From a virus (taxonomy: Duplodnaviria; Caudoviricetes): 46,705 bases of DNA. How positions within the stretch are numbered: position 1 is the stretch's first letter; the number at the start of each line of letters is the position of its first letter. The DNA is taken from IMG/VR virus record IMGVR_UViG_3300017646_000183, positions 1-46,705 of that record. One strand, written 5' to 3'. Position numbers and translations under genes: made by a program. Shown piece by piece: positions 1 through 8,601 of the stretch. Under the pieces are notes generated by a model. That model had not been told where the DNA came from. It saw only the letters and a list, made by a program, of their open reading frames with translations, and ran no database searches.

Positions 1-1638
1 AAGGGACTCCGCGTAGGACTCAGCTCGCTGCTGTGCTTGAGCCTGCTTCTGCATGTACAGCCCGAGGACAGTCATGCCGGCGGTGAGCGCGACGCCGAGA
101 CCGACGCCAACACTCGACGTGATGAGACCCACCGCCTTGCCAGTCAGCGACGACTCCGCGCGAAGCACGCGGATGGACTTCACGAACTCGCTGATCTTGG
201 GGACCGCGAGCAGGGCGAGCCCGCCGGCGAGGGTGATCGCGCCGCCGAACCCGGTGAACATCGCGATCGCGTCCCGCAGTGGCTCCGGCAGCCCACCGAC
301 GAAATCCGCGAAGCCCTTCACCGCGTCGGCGCCGATCTGCACCATCGGGAGGAACGTCTGGCCGAGCTCGATCGCCATGTCCACGACCGCGTTACGCGCG
401 ACGTCGAGCTTCGCGGCCGTGGTGTCGTACCGCTTCTCGGCCTCGGCGGTCAGCGCCGTGTTCTCCTCCCACGACCGCGTGCCGAGGTCCAGCGACTGGC
501 GCAGCAGATCACCCGCACCCGCCATCGAAGTGAGCGCGCGTGTCACGCGGACGTCGACCTGACCGACCGACTCCAGCGCGGCGAACACGTCACCACCGGT
601 CTGCTGCAGCTTCCCAAGGCCCTCGACGATCAGCGCGAGCGCGTCGGCCGGGTCCGTGCGCCACTTCCGCGCGAACTCATCCGCCGACAGACCAGAGATC
701 TTCGCCCACGCCTCAAGGTCCTTGCCGCCCTTCGACACGGCCTTCGAAACGTCGATCATCATCGCCGAGATCGACGACCCACCCGCGTCCGCCTCGATAC
801 CGACCGACGCGAGAGCGTTCGACAGGCCGAGGACCTGCGCCTCCGACAGGCCAACGATCTTCCCGGCGCCAGCGATCCGCTGCGCCATCTGCACAATGTC
901 GCGTTCCGTCGACGCCCCGTCATTACCGAGGGCGACGACCGAGGCGCCGAGCCGGTCGACGTCGTCCGGCGCGGTCTGCATGACGTTCATGAGCTGCGCG
1001 AGCGACGTCGCAGCTTCGTCCGCGGTGAGGTTCGTGGTCTCGCCGAGGTCGATCATCGTCCGCGTAAATGCGGCAACGTTCTCCCGCTGCACACCGAGTT
1101 GCCCGGCCGCCTCCGCGACAGCCGCGATCTCCTGATGCGTCGCCGGGAGCGTCCTCGCCAGGTCGCGGAGGTCTCCCTCGAGCTCCGCCATCTCCTGCTG
1201 GTTGCCGTCGACCGTCTTCGTGACGCCCGCCCACGCGGTCTCCCAGTCGACCGCGGCCTTCACCGTCAACGCAGTGGCGGCCGTGACCGCGGCGCCGACG
1301 ACCGACATGGCGGTGCCGACCGTCGACGCGGCGCGCTTCGCCTCGTCCGACAGCCCAGCGACGGCCTTCTTCTGCTTGTCGTGCTTCGGCGCAGCCTGCT
1401 CGGACTTCTTGCCGGCGTCCTCCGCTTTGCTCGCGAGCTCGCCCTGCGCCTTCGCCGCGTCACGGGTCTTCGGCGCCGCGTCCGCAGCCTTCTTGCCCGC
1501 CTGATCGGTCTTATCCCCAGCAACCTTGACCGACTCACCCGCTCGTCTAGCGGCCTGGTCGACCCCCACCATCTGCTGGATGAAGACCTCGGCCCCCGCC
1601 GCCTGGAGACGCCAGATCAGTCCGCCCGCTTCGAACAT
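1..1638 (-). CDS. Tape measure protein, N-terminal part (runs off the window)
   Basis: Not in the ORF track; translated by hand as MFEAGGLIWRLQAAGAEVF...KAAVDWETAWAGVTKTVDG...AEAAGQLGV...LGETTNL, a TP901-type tape-measure core. Lies downstream of the chaperones. Confidence 0.93.
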   Translation of the reverse strand, partial: MFEAGGLIWRLQAAGAEVFIQQMVGVDQAARRAGESVKVAGDKTDQAGKKAADAAPKTRDAAKAQGELASKAEDAGKKSEQAAPKHDKQKKAVAGLSDEAKRAASTVGTAMSVVGAAVTAATALTVKAAVDWETAWAGVTKTVDGNQQEMAELEGDLRDLARTLPATHQEIAAVAEAAGQLGVQRENVAAFTRTMIDLGETTNLTADEAATSLAQLMNVMQTAPDDVDRLGASVVALGNDGASTERDIVQMAQRIAGAGKIVGLSEAQVLGLSNALASVGIEADAGGSSISAMMIDVSKAVSKGGKDLEAWAKISGLSADEFARKWRTDPADALALIVEGLGKLQQTGGDVFAALESVGQVDVRVTRALTSMAGAGDLLRQSLDLGTRSWEENTALTAEAEKRYDTTAAKLDVARNAVVDMAIELGQTFLPMVQIGADAVKGFADFVGGLPEPLRDAIAMFTGFGGAITLAGGLALLAVPKISEFVKSIRVLRAESSLTGKAVGLITSSVGVGLGVALTAGMTVLGLYMQKQAQAQQRAESYAESL

Positions 1639-2008
1639 GGGCGACCACCGCCTTCCGCGTCCACGAGTCCTCGACCTGCACGAGTCGCCGCACAGCGGCG
1701 CGGATGAAGTGCCACGTACGCGCGGCGAACGCCCGGTCGAGGTCCGGGATCAGGAGGTATTGCGCGAGGTCAAGCTCCACCTCGCCACCCGCGATCTGCG
1801 GGAAGACCAGTTGCCAGAACTCGACAGTGTTCAGCGCCTCTTCTTGGCTGGCCTGTCGCGCGGCTGCTTCCCGCGCTTCTCGCCACCCGCGCGGGAAGAC
1901 GTACTCGGGGTAGACACCATGCTCGTCAGGGTGTCCAATGCCGAAAGGGGCGATGGTCGCGACGTCGAGAGCCCCATACGCGCGGTCATCACCCACAGGG
2001 CTTTTACC
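1547..2008 (-). CDS. Tail assembly chaperone, -1 frameshift extension (gpGT-like)
   Basis: ORF in the -1 frame overlapping the chaperone gene and ending at the tape-measure start; no convincing RBS of its own. Confidence 0.7.
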   Translation of the reverse strand, partial: GKSPVGDDRAYGALDVATIAPFGIGHPDEHGVYPEYVFPRGWREAREAAARQASQEEALNTVEFWQLVFPQIAGGEVELDLAQYLLIPDLDRAFAARTWHFIRAAVRRLVQVEDSWTRKAVVAHVRSGRTDLASPGGGGRGLHPADGGGRPGR

Positions 2009-2394
2009 TGCCCGGCGACACCTTCACCCCCCTCGAGGAAGGCGTTCACGCCGGCGATGCCGACGATCGTCTGCCAGTAGAACGCGCAGTACGCGACGCT
2101 CTCCGTCTCCGCCAGCCGCAGTTCCCGCTCGAGCTGCTCGGACACGGGAAGGTCGTCGGGGATCGTCCAGCGCTCGGTGGCGGCGTCATACCGGGCACCG
2201 TTAAGCGCCATCGTCAGCGCCTCGGTGACCGCCGCCTCGTCGTGCAGCTCTCCCCGCGCGGTCGCGAGGTACGTCTCAGTGATCTGGTGGCCGGCTCCAC
2301 CCGGGAGTGGTCTGATGCGGTACTCGAACCGCTGCTCGTCGTCCTCGACAACGATGAGGAGGTTGCGTCCCTCCTCGGTGGCGGTGATCGCCAT
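1831..2394 (-). CDS. Tail assembly chaperone (gpG-like)
   Basis: Position between major tail and tape measure; strong GAAGGAAGGA RBS. Confidence 0.8.
   Translation of the reverse strand: MAITATEEGRNLLIVVEDDEQRFEYRIRPLPGGAGHQITETYLATARGELHDEAAVTEALTMALNGARYDAATERWTIPDDLPVSEQLERELRLAETESVAYCAFYWQTIVGIAGVNAFLEGGEGVAGQVKALWVMTARMGLSTSRPSPLSALDTLTSMVSTPSTSSRAGGEKRGKQPRDRPAKKRR
2002..2008 (-). promoter_or_regulatory. Candidate -1 ribosomal slippery site G GTA AAA
   Basis: Rare GTA-AAA codons in a GC-rich gene, just before the -1 ORF; shift gives ...GGT AAA AGC CCT GTG GGT. Confidence 0.55.
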
Positions 2395-2414
2395 GATTTC
2401 CTTCCTTCGGGAGT

Positions 2415-2449
2415 GCGCGGCGGCACGACTGCGAGCCGTGCCGCCGCGC
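2415..2449. terminator. 13-bp perfect hairpin after the major tail gene (terminator or mRNA-stabilising stem)
   Basis: GCGCGGCGGCACG-N9-CGTGCCGCCGCGC. Confidence 0.65.
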
Positions 2450-2456
2450 TTTGGGG

Positions 2457-3230
2457 TCAGGCTGTGGCAGCCGTGTAGTCGAACGGCTCGGACGCGCCGA
2501 CCGCGTTCGTCACGACGATCGCCGCGGCGCCCGTGACGTCCTCCGGGATCGTGACGACGAGGGTGTTGTCGTCCAGGCCGTCCTCAGGGCGGGAGAACTC
2601 GACGACGTCCTCACCGTCGACCGTGATACCGGTGACGCCGCGGAGGTTGTACCCGCGGATCACGACCTGCTCGCCGACGCCCTGCAGCGCGGGCCCGGCG
2701 GACTCGATGATCGGAGCCCCGGTTCCGGCGATCGGGTTCTCCTCGAGCATCGCGACGACACCCTGCGACTCGAGCGTGAACGAGTACCCGCCCTTGTCGG
2801 AGAAGTTCGTCGCCAGCGGCGCCGTCGCGACCGAGAACGTGCCCTCGAACGCGGGGAACCGCTCGTCGAGCGCGTCGTCGATGATCTGGAACTCCCGCAT
2901 GTTCTCGGAGCCCGAGCGGAACGAGTCCTTGACGAGATCCGGGAGCCACGACTGGGCGGCGACCGCCATGCCCGTGACCGGGTCGCGGACGAGCTCGATG
3001 GCGAACGTCGGCGCGAAGCTGTAGCCGATGATCTCGTTCGCCGGCCGCGCCTTGTTGCCGTACACCTCCCGCGGGACCGTGATCTTCGTCGGGTTCAGGT
3101 TGAGGTTGTTCAGGTCGCCGGTGATGTTGACCCAGACGCCGGCGACCTTGAGCCGCAGGATCTTCTGGTGCGCGAGTCCGACCGAGCCCTGGGACGGGAC
3201 GGTCGTGTCGTAGAGCGTGCTGTCACCCAT
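2457..3230 (-). CDS. Major tail protein with C-terminal IPT/Ig-like domain
   Basis: Tail-tube-like N-terminus; C-terminus GEQVVIRGYNLRGVTGITVDG...IVVTNAVGAS resembles IPT/TIG; synteny. Confidence 0.88.
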   Translation of the reverse strand: MGDSTLYDTTVPSQGSVGLAHQKILRLKVAGVWVNITGDLNNLNLNPTKITVPREVYGNKARPANEIIGYSFAPTFAIELVRDPVTGMAVAAQSWLPDLVKDSFRSGSENMREFQIIDDALDERFPAFEGTFSVATAPLATNFSDKGGYSFTLESQGVVAMLEENPIAGTGAPIIESAGPALQGVGEQVVIRGYNLRGVTGITVDGEDVVEFSRPEDGLDDNTLVVTIPEDVTGAAAIVVTNAVGASEPFDYTAATA

Positions 3231-3310
3231 GGGGGTGCCTCCTTTGTTGTTGGGGGATGCCGCCGCGCGGCAGCGAGCCCCTCACGCGGAGGGGTGGCTT
3301 GGTGATCGGG

Positions 3311-3724
3311 TCAGAACCGGCCGCGGAAGACGTACGTCGCGGCGACGTCGGACCGACCCTGCGTGTCCTTGTCGAAGTACATGCGGGACAGCTCCTGGGA
3401 GAAGCTGATGCCGAGGACGTTCGGCAGGTACTCCGCATGATCCAGGTGCGTGCTGAGGTCGTACGCCCACTCCTCAACGACGCTCTGCGAGCCAGTCCGA
3501 CGAGTGAGGAACTGGACGCGGAGCAGACGGTCGGCGCGGCCACCATCACGGGTCGTCGGCGGCGAGGTGAGGAACGTGAACTCATTCAGCGAGGTCGGGA
3601 AGTCGCCCTCGACCTTCACGCCGCGTTCCGGCAGGGCGCCAACGGGGTTGTAGATGGCCAGATCCCACTCGTCGAGGAGGATCGCGAGTGTCTTGCGGAG
3701 GTACAGCTCGGGCACGTCGGTCAT
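3311..3724 (-). CDS. Tail terminator / tail completion protein
   Basis: MTDVPEL...RVQFLTRR...DTQGRSDVAATY; ATGA overlap with the upstream gene; synteny. Confidence 0.75.
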   Translation of the reverse strand: MTDVPELYLRKTLAILLDEWDLAIYNPVGALPERGVKVEGDFPTSLNEFTFLTSPPTTRDGGRADRLLRVQFLTRRTGSQSVVEEWAYDLSTHLDHAEYLPNVLGISFSQELSRMYFDKDTQGRSDVAATYVFRGRF

Positions 3725-4077
3725 GACCACGCTCCCGTCGCTCGGTTCGCCTCTGCCTCGACGATCTGCCGCAGTTCCTCGCGGTTCTGCAGCGCCGGAT
3801 CCTCGACGTACTTGCCCTTCCGACCGCCCTGGAAGTTGAACTCCGGGTGCTCGTGCAGACGGGCGGCGTACGGAGTATTGAAGGTCACCGCGGCCCCGTC
3901 CTCGGGAGTCGTTGCGGGAAGTACCACCCCAGAGTTGGACAGCGTGCCGAGGTCGAACGGCACGTCCTTGCGACTCAGAGCGAGGAGCCATTCCGCCGCC
4001 GCTGTCAAGCCGGCCGCGACACCGTCAGCGATCTGACGCGCGAGCGCCTCACCATTCGACTCGAACTCGACGGTCAC
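3721..4077 (-). CDS. Neck / minor capsid protein (HK97 gp10-like)
   Basis: VPFDLGTLSNSG...FNTPYAARLHE...KGKYVEDP motif. Confidence 0.82.
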   Translation of the reverse strand: MTVEFESNGEALARQIADGVAAGLTAAAEWLLALSRKDVPFDLGTLSNSGVVLPATTPEDGAAVTFNTPYAARLHEHPEFNFQGGRKGKYVEDPALQNREELRQIVEAEANRATGAWS

Positions 4078-4080
4078 CCG

Positions 4081-4422
4081 TCACTCCAAATAGAGCTCGA
4101 CGTGCGACGGCGCACCCCGGTAGTCGAAGTAGGCCGAATCGATCACCTCGGAAGTCCGCTCCCGCGGCGTGCCCTTCCACACGGTCACCTGCGCGCGCGG
4201 CTGCGCGTCATGCTCGAGCATCACGACGACGAGCGTCGTCGACGTGACCTGCTGGCCTGCCGTCGCCGATGTGGAGCGGCGATCGACCACCAGGCGGGTC
4301 TTCTGCTCGACGTACGCGGGCACGTCCGTATCCGGCGTGTCCCACGCCTCGCCAGTCGCGGTCTCGTGCAGGAACCGCTTGATCTCGACTCGGTGCAGGA
4401 GGTGCTTCTTGCGGAGACGCAT
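4081..4422 (-). CDS. Head-to-tail stopper (head closure protein)
   Basis: 113 aa beta-rich protein ending HVELYLE; synteny. Confidence 0.7.
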   Translation of the reverse strand: MRLRKKHLLHRVEIKRFLHETATGEAWDTPDTDVPAYVEQKTRLVVDRRSTSATAGQQVTSTTLVVVMLEHDAQPRAQVTVWKGTPRERTSEVIDSAYFDYRGAPSHVELYLE

Positions 4423-4433
4423 GACGAGCTCCC

Positions 4434-4880
4434 TCAGTGGTACTCGGTGATTGCCGAGAGGAGACCCGCCGTACGGAGGATGCTGAGCGCCTCAGGTGCG
4501 CGTCGCGTCTCCTCGGGCGTCTTCGACGCGGCCGCGGCGGTCTGCGATTGGCCGAGCTGGACCGAGCCGATCTTCACCACGCCGGCCTGCGCCTCCGCGC
4601 CGGTCACGTCGTCCGTCTCCTGCCAGAACGCGACCTGAGCGCACGTCGCATCACGGAGCGCGTCAGCGACGTCGAGGTCGGTCGGATAGCCGTCCTCATC
4701 CACGTCGTATACAGCCGTCAGGATGAGGCTGTCGATCGACTGCGAGGCCCGGCGCAGGCGCGCATTCAGGGACTTCTCCTCGACCGGGACTTGCTCGCCG
4801 CCCGCGCCTGCCTCCGTGGGCTGGTCCTCACCGATGAAGTCGTAAAACTCCGATGCGGTCGCGTAGACGGGCTGGTCCAT
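4434..4880 (-). CDS. Head-to-tail adaptor
   Basis: YAT...LRRASQSID...DATCAQVAFW...VKIGSVQL...ILRTAGLL pattern. Confidence 0.8.
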   Translation of the reverse strand: MDQPVYATASEFYDFIGEDQPTEAGAGGEQVPVEEKSLNARLRRASQSIDSLILTAVYDVDEDGYPTDLDVADALRDATCAQVAFWQETDDVTGAEAQAGVVKIGSVQLGQSQTAAAASKTPEETRRAPEALSILRTAGLLSAITEYH

Positions 4881-5227
4881 CAGTCCGCCTCATCGCTGAG
4901 GGGGATGAACGTCTCCGGTTCGCCGTCACCCCACCGCGTTACGGGCGGCTCCCCGTACAGACCACCGGGAGCCAGGATCGGGATGCCATCGGCGCCGATC
5001 TCAACCTCGATGCCCTCGCCCTCGACCTCGGCCGGCGGCAGGGTCGCCGCTTCCTCAGGGGTCACTGGGATGCCGACGATGAGGTCCTTCTCGATCGTGT
5101 AGCCGTGCTGCAAAAGCGCAGCCTCGCGGACCGGATGGAGGTCCTCGACGATCGCGACACCGTCGACGAACGTCACGTCGAGGAACTGCGACCGGCCTGT
5201 GCTCGGCCGCGGTGCGATGACGCGCAT
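4880..5227 (-). CDS. Small head-region protein (V-x-F-x-x-GVA domain with acidic tail)
   Basis: GAAGGAG RBS; TGATG overlap with the adaptor gene. Confidence 0.7.
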   Translation of the reverse strand: MRVIAPRPSTGRSQFLDVTFVDGVAIVEDLHPVREAALLQHGYTIEKDLIVGIPVTPEEAATLPPAEVEGEGIEVEIGADGIPILAPGGLYGEPPVTRWGDGEPETFIPLSDEAD

Positions 5228-5250
5228 GAGGTCTCCTTCGAAAGAGGGAT

Positions 5251-5336
5251 GGGGGCGCAGGTACGTCTCGCGCGGAGAAAGGTGCCGCGCACGTCATGAA
5301 CGTCCTTCGCGGGTTACCAACCGCGTTGACGCCCCC
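5251..5336 (-). ncRNA. Candidate structured cis-regulatory RNA (multi-stem junction)
   Basis: Closing stem GGGGGCGU/GCGCCCCC enclosing CGCGG/CCGCG and ACGU-GCGCGG/CCGCGC-ACGU arms in an intergenic gap. Confidence 0.4.
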
Positions 5337-5346
5337 GAGCTACTGG

Positions 5347-6573
5347 TTAGCCGCCGGAGAAGCCGAGCTGCTCCCGGTACGACTGGCGGTGCCGGCCGGT
5401 GCGCCGGGTGAAGTCGCGAAGCTCCGCCTGTGCTGCCGCGATATCGCGATGCGCGCGTCGTCGCTCAATGTCGTTCGGCGCGGTCGCCAAGTCTCGCTTG
5501 GCCGCTCGGACTTCCCGCTCGAGCGCTCGCTGCTCCTGACGTTCCGCGTCGGCCTTCGCGTTGTACTCGAAATCGGCCTGAGGGACCGGCAGGCCGACGT
5601 GGTAGCCGGAGATCCCGCACCGGTCATTCGGGTGCCCCCAGCCGGCGGCTCGAGCGTCGTCGAGCGACCCGGCGACGTAGATGGTGACCGTGGTGTTCTG
5701 CGTCGCGTGCGGCAGCGTGCGCGGGCCTGCTGGGGATCCGTCAAGGGAGATGATCTTCCCGATCCAAGGTGCGCACTTGTCGCAGGCGTCGAACCCGCCC
5801 GTGATCGTGCCGAGGTTCAGCCCGCCCTGCTGCAGCCGGTACGCGGTCGCGTCGTTCATCGCGCGCTGTGCCGACGTGCGAGACGCCATCTCCGCGTACG
5901 CGCCGATCGACCAGCGTCGGTCGCTTCGGTCGGTGAACCCGTCGATGCCGGCGCGGAGGAAGTTGCGGACGATCTCCTGCTGCGACCGGAGCTGTGTGTT
6001 CACGCCGAGGATCGTCTTCGGAGAGGTGAGAGCGACGATCCGCTGGTACGCGTCCTGCGGGTAGCGGGTGATGCGCTCGTTCAGCGCTTCGAGGCGGTTC
6101 TGCAGACTGACCGCGACGATCGCGCCCGCCACTGAATACGTCGAGGAATACGCGGTGAGCGCCGGGATCTGCGCGAGTGATCCTCGGACACCGCCGAGAC
6201 CGAGCGAGGCGACTGCGGCGGCTTCGCCCTGCTCGACGGCGATGCGGACGAACGCTTCCGCTGATGCACCGGACCGGAGCTGTTCGATCATCGCGACGGC
6301 TTGCTCCTGCAGCTCGCGGATCGCTCGAGCGCGATTCGCGGCGAGCTCGGCGAGGATCCGGTTCTGTTGCCGGCGATCCGCGGCGGTCAGTCCCAATCCG
6401 CCGGGGTCGGTCGGCAGTCGGGCGGCGAGGTCGAGGTCACGGTACGCGCGCTGCGCAATCTCCGCGATCAGTTGATCTTCGACGTCCCGGTACCGTTCCG
6501 CGAGCTCGAACGAGAGATCGGAGATGAGATCCTGCGGGTCGAAGTCTTCGGGGTCCGGGACGAACAGCGCCAC
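5347..6573 (-). CDS. Phage minor capsid protein (Phage_min_cap2 / MuF-related)
   Basis: FTDRSDRRWSIGAYAEMASRT, ACDKCAPWIGKI, GWGHPNDRC, QRALEREVRAAKR, RQSYREQ motifs. Confidence 0.88.
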   Translation of the reverse strand: MALFVPDPEDFDPQDLISDLSFELAERYRDVEDQLIAEIAQRAYRDLDLAARLPTDPGGLGLTAADRRQQNRILAELAANRARAIRELQEQAVAMIEQLRSGASAEAFVRIAVEQGEAAAVASLGLGGVRGSLAQIPALTAYSSTYSVAGAIVAVSLQNRLEALNERITRYPQDAYQRIVALTSPKTILGVNTQLRSQQEIVRNFLRAGIDGFTDRSDRRWSIGAYAEMASRTSAQRAMNDATAYRLQQGGLNLGTITGGFDACDKCAPWIGKIISLDGSPAGPRTLPHATQNTTVTIYVAGSLDDARAAGWGHPNDRCGISGYHVGLPVPQADFEYNAKADAERQEQRALEREVRAAKRDLATAPNDIERRRAHRDIAAAQAELRDFTRRTGRHRQSYREQLGFSGG

Positions 6574-6597
6574 GGTGACCTCCTGGCCGGGTGTCGG

Positions 6598-7671
6598 CTA
6601 CTCGGCATCCTTCTTGCGACCGTTCCAGCGGCGCTTGGGCTTCTCCGCGATAGGTGCGGCGTCTGTGGTCGGGAGGTCGACCGGGGAAGGTGGTGCAGGT
6701 GCGGCGGGCGGCTCAGGCGGGGCAGGAGGCGGGGGCGCGGCCGGCGGTGTGGCCTCGGTCTCGGGCACCTCGTCGATGATCTTCGCACCGCGCGCGGTGA
6801 GGAACCGACGCTGCGCGGCGCTGAGCGACGCCTTCGCGACGCCGTGGGTGAATCGCACGCCGACGATCACGGTCGTCAGCGGGCGGTGAAGCTTGATGGT
6901 CGACACCATAATCGGAGGCCTTTCCAACTCAAATGGGCTCAGGGTCGGGAACTCGGCGCGGATGAGTTGACCCGCGACGCCTTGAGCGAACGCGTGGTCC
7001 GACGTCGACGCGAGCGGGCGGATCGGCGCCGAGGCGTCGTCGTACACCTTCACGTCGCGGATGCGGCGGCCGCCGATCGAGCACAGGTTCCCGTACACGG
7101 TCCGCCAGTGGATCAGGCCGTCGTACACGCCCTTGGCGCGCAGGTCGTCCAGGCGAGCGTTCACCCAGCGAGCGTCGCTCTTCACGATGAGGAGCGGTGC
7201 GTGGACCTCGTACGACAGTGGCTCGCGGATCCCGCGGCTCAGCAGTAGCTCGAGGGTCGTGCGCATGCCCGCGGTGTACTTGCTCGTCGGGTGGTGGTCC
7301 TCGTAGAACCGGAGGACCTCGGCGAGCGGCCCGCGGTGGTAGACGCGCACCTGCTCGACGGGATCGAGGATGAAGTAGTCGTCGTTGAACAGGTAGAAAT
7401 GCTCCGAGACGTCGTCGGAGGCAACAGCCGCGCGGAGGTTCATACCGCTGTTGCGATGCTTGCCCGCTGTCTGGTCTACGGCGATCCGGTCGACGGTCGG
7501 TGCCAGCCAGATCGGTGCACCACCCGACGCCCACACGCGGCCGTGCGGCAGGTTCGCCAGCGTCCGGAGGGAGTAGCGAAGTTCAGGGTTGGGACCGTCG
7601 CGCAGCACGTACACGACGTCCGGGGGAGCGCCCGACCCCAAGTCGTCTGGGGCCTGGGGTCGGGCACTCAT
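6598..7671 (-). CDS. Stealth-family sugar-1-phosphate transferase-like protein fused to a small C-terminal domain
   Basis: DVVYV (CR1), ELRYSLRT...PIWL...VSEHFYLFNDDYF (CR2), VHAP (CR3), EFPTLSPFE (CR4). Confidence 0.75.
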   Translation of the reverse strand: MSARPQAPDDLGSGAPPDVVYVLRDGPNPELRYSLRTLANLPHGRVWASGGAPIWLAPTVDRIAVDQTAGKHRNSGMNLRAAVASDDVSEHFYLFNDDYFILDPVEQVRVYHRGPLAEVLRFYEDHHPTSKYTAGMRTTLELLLSRGIREPLSYEVHAPLLIVKSDARWVNARLDDLRAKGVYDGLIHWRTVYGNLCSIGGRRIRDVKVYDDASAPIRPLASTSDHAFAQGVAGQLIRAEFPTLSPFELERPPIMVSTIKLHRPLTTVIVGVRFTHGVAKASLSAAQRRFLTARGAKIIDEVPETEATPPAAPPPPAPPEPPAAPAPPSPVDLPTTDAAPIAEKPKRRWNGRKKDAE

Positions 7672-7674
7672 CGG

Positions 7675-8583
7675 TCAGGACTCGTCGACCGCCGGGGGCG
7701 CGAACGACACGGTCGCCGTCGCGAGACCCTTCGGCTCGAAGACCTTCGCACCGTAGATGTTCAGGCCGCGGACCAGGTTCGCGAACCGCTTCTCCTGACG
7801 GATGACCTCGGTCTCGGTGAGCTGGTTCGCGAACGACCACGCGGCCGGCACGCCGGCGACGATCACCTTGTCGGACGCGTCCGCGCCGACGCCACCCACC
7901 GTGGGGACGTTGTTCGACACGAGCACGTCGAAGCCCTGCACCTGCTTCACGAAGCCGTTGCGGAGCGTCTCGGTCGAGCCCGACGCCGACGCGTCCGTGA
8001 ACCGCTTGTCGTAGGACAGGGCCGAGATGAACGCCGGGTTGACGACGACGTAGCGGCCTTCGAGCGGCACGGACTGGTCGTCCAGCTTCTCGCGGAGCTT
8101 GACGAGCACGTTGTACGCGGCCGTCTGGCCGACTCCCGCGTACTCCGGCTCGGCGTCGACGATCGCGACGCGACCCAGCCGGTTCGCGGCGTAGGCGCCC
8201 GCGTACGCGAGCCCCGCGATGTACTGGTCGACCTTGTCGCGGAGACCGAACGCGGCACGGGCGAGCGCCGGCGACTGGAAGTCTCCGGCGGCCTGGACCT
8301 TGTCGATGTCGTTGACGCGGAACGCGAAGTAGTCGCCCTGGTCGATGAGCAGCGCGGTGCTGTCGTCGTCCAGGTCCTCGATCACCAGGTCGGCGGTCTT
8401 GTCGTAGGTGCGGATCGTCGGGTCCGCGATGGTGGTCACGTGGACCGTGTCACCCTGCTGCTGGATGGCGCCCTCGTAGTCGCGGTTCGCGACGGACTCC
8501 TGGCCGTAGACCAGGGCCTTCTCGAACGGGACCTGGATCGCCGCTTCCCACAGCTCGGGGATGAAATTCTCGATGCCAGCCAT
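7675..8583 (-). CDS. Major capsid protein (P22 coat-like, HK97 fold)
   Basis: FIPELW...NRDYEGAIQQQGDTVH...VPLEGRYVVV...GFDVLVSNN...RGLNIYGAKV. Confidence 0.93.
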   Translation of the reverse strand: MAGIENFIPELWEAAIQVPFEKALVYGQESVANRDYEGAIQQQGDTVHVTTIADPTIRTYDKTADLVIEDLDDDSTALLIDQGDYFAFRVNDIDKVQAAGDFQSPALARAAFGLRDKVDQYIAGLAYAGAYAANRLGRVAIVDAEPEYAGVGQTAAYNVLVKLREKLDDQSVPLEGRYVVVNPAFISALSYDKRFTDASASGSTETLRNGFVKQVQGFDVLVSNNVPTVGGVGADASDKVIVAGVPAAWSFANQLTETEVIRQEKRFANLVRGLNIYGAKVFEPKGLATATVSFAPPAVDES

Positions 8584-8601
8584 GTGCTGGACCTCCTTGG
8601 G

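Noticed and set aside
37-1707. 556-aa plus-strand ORF
   Set aside because: Antisense shadow of the tape-measure gene; Arg/His-rich with no motifs, typical of high-GC DNA
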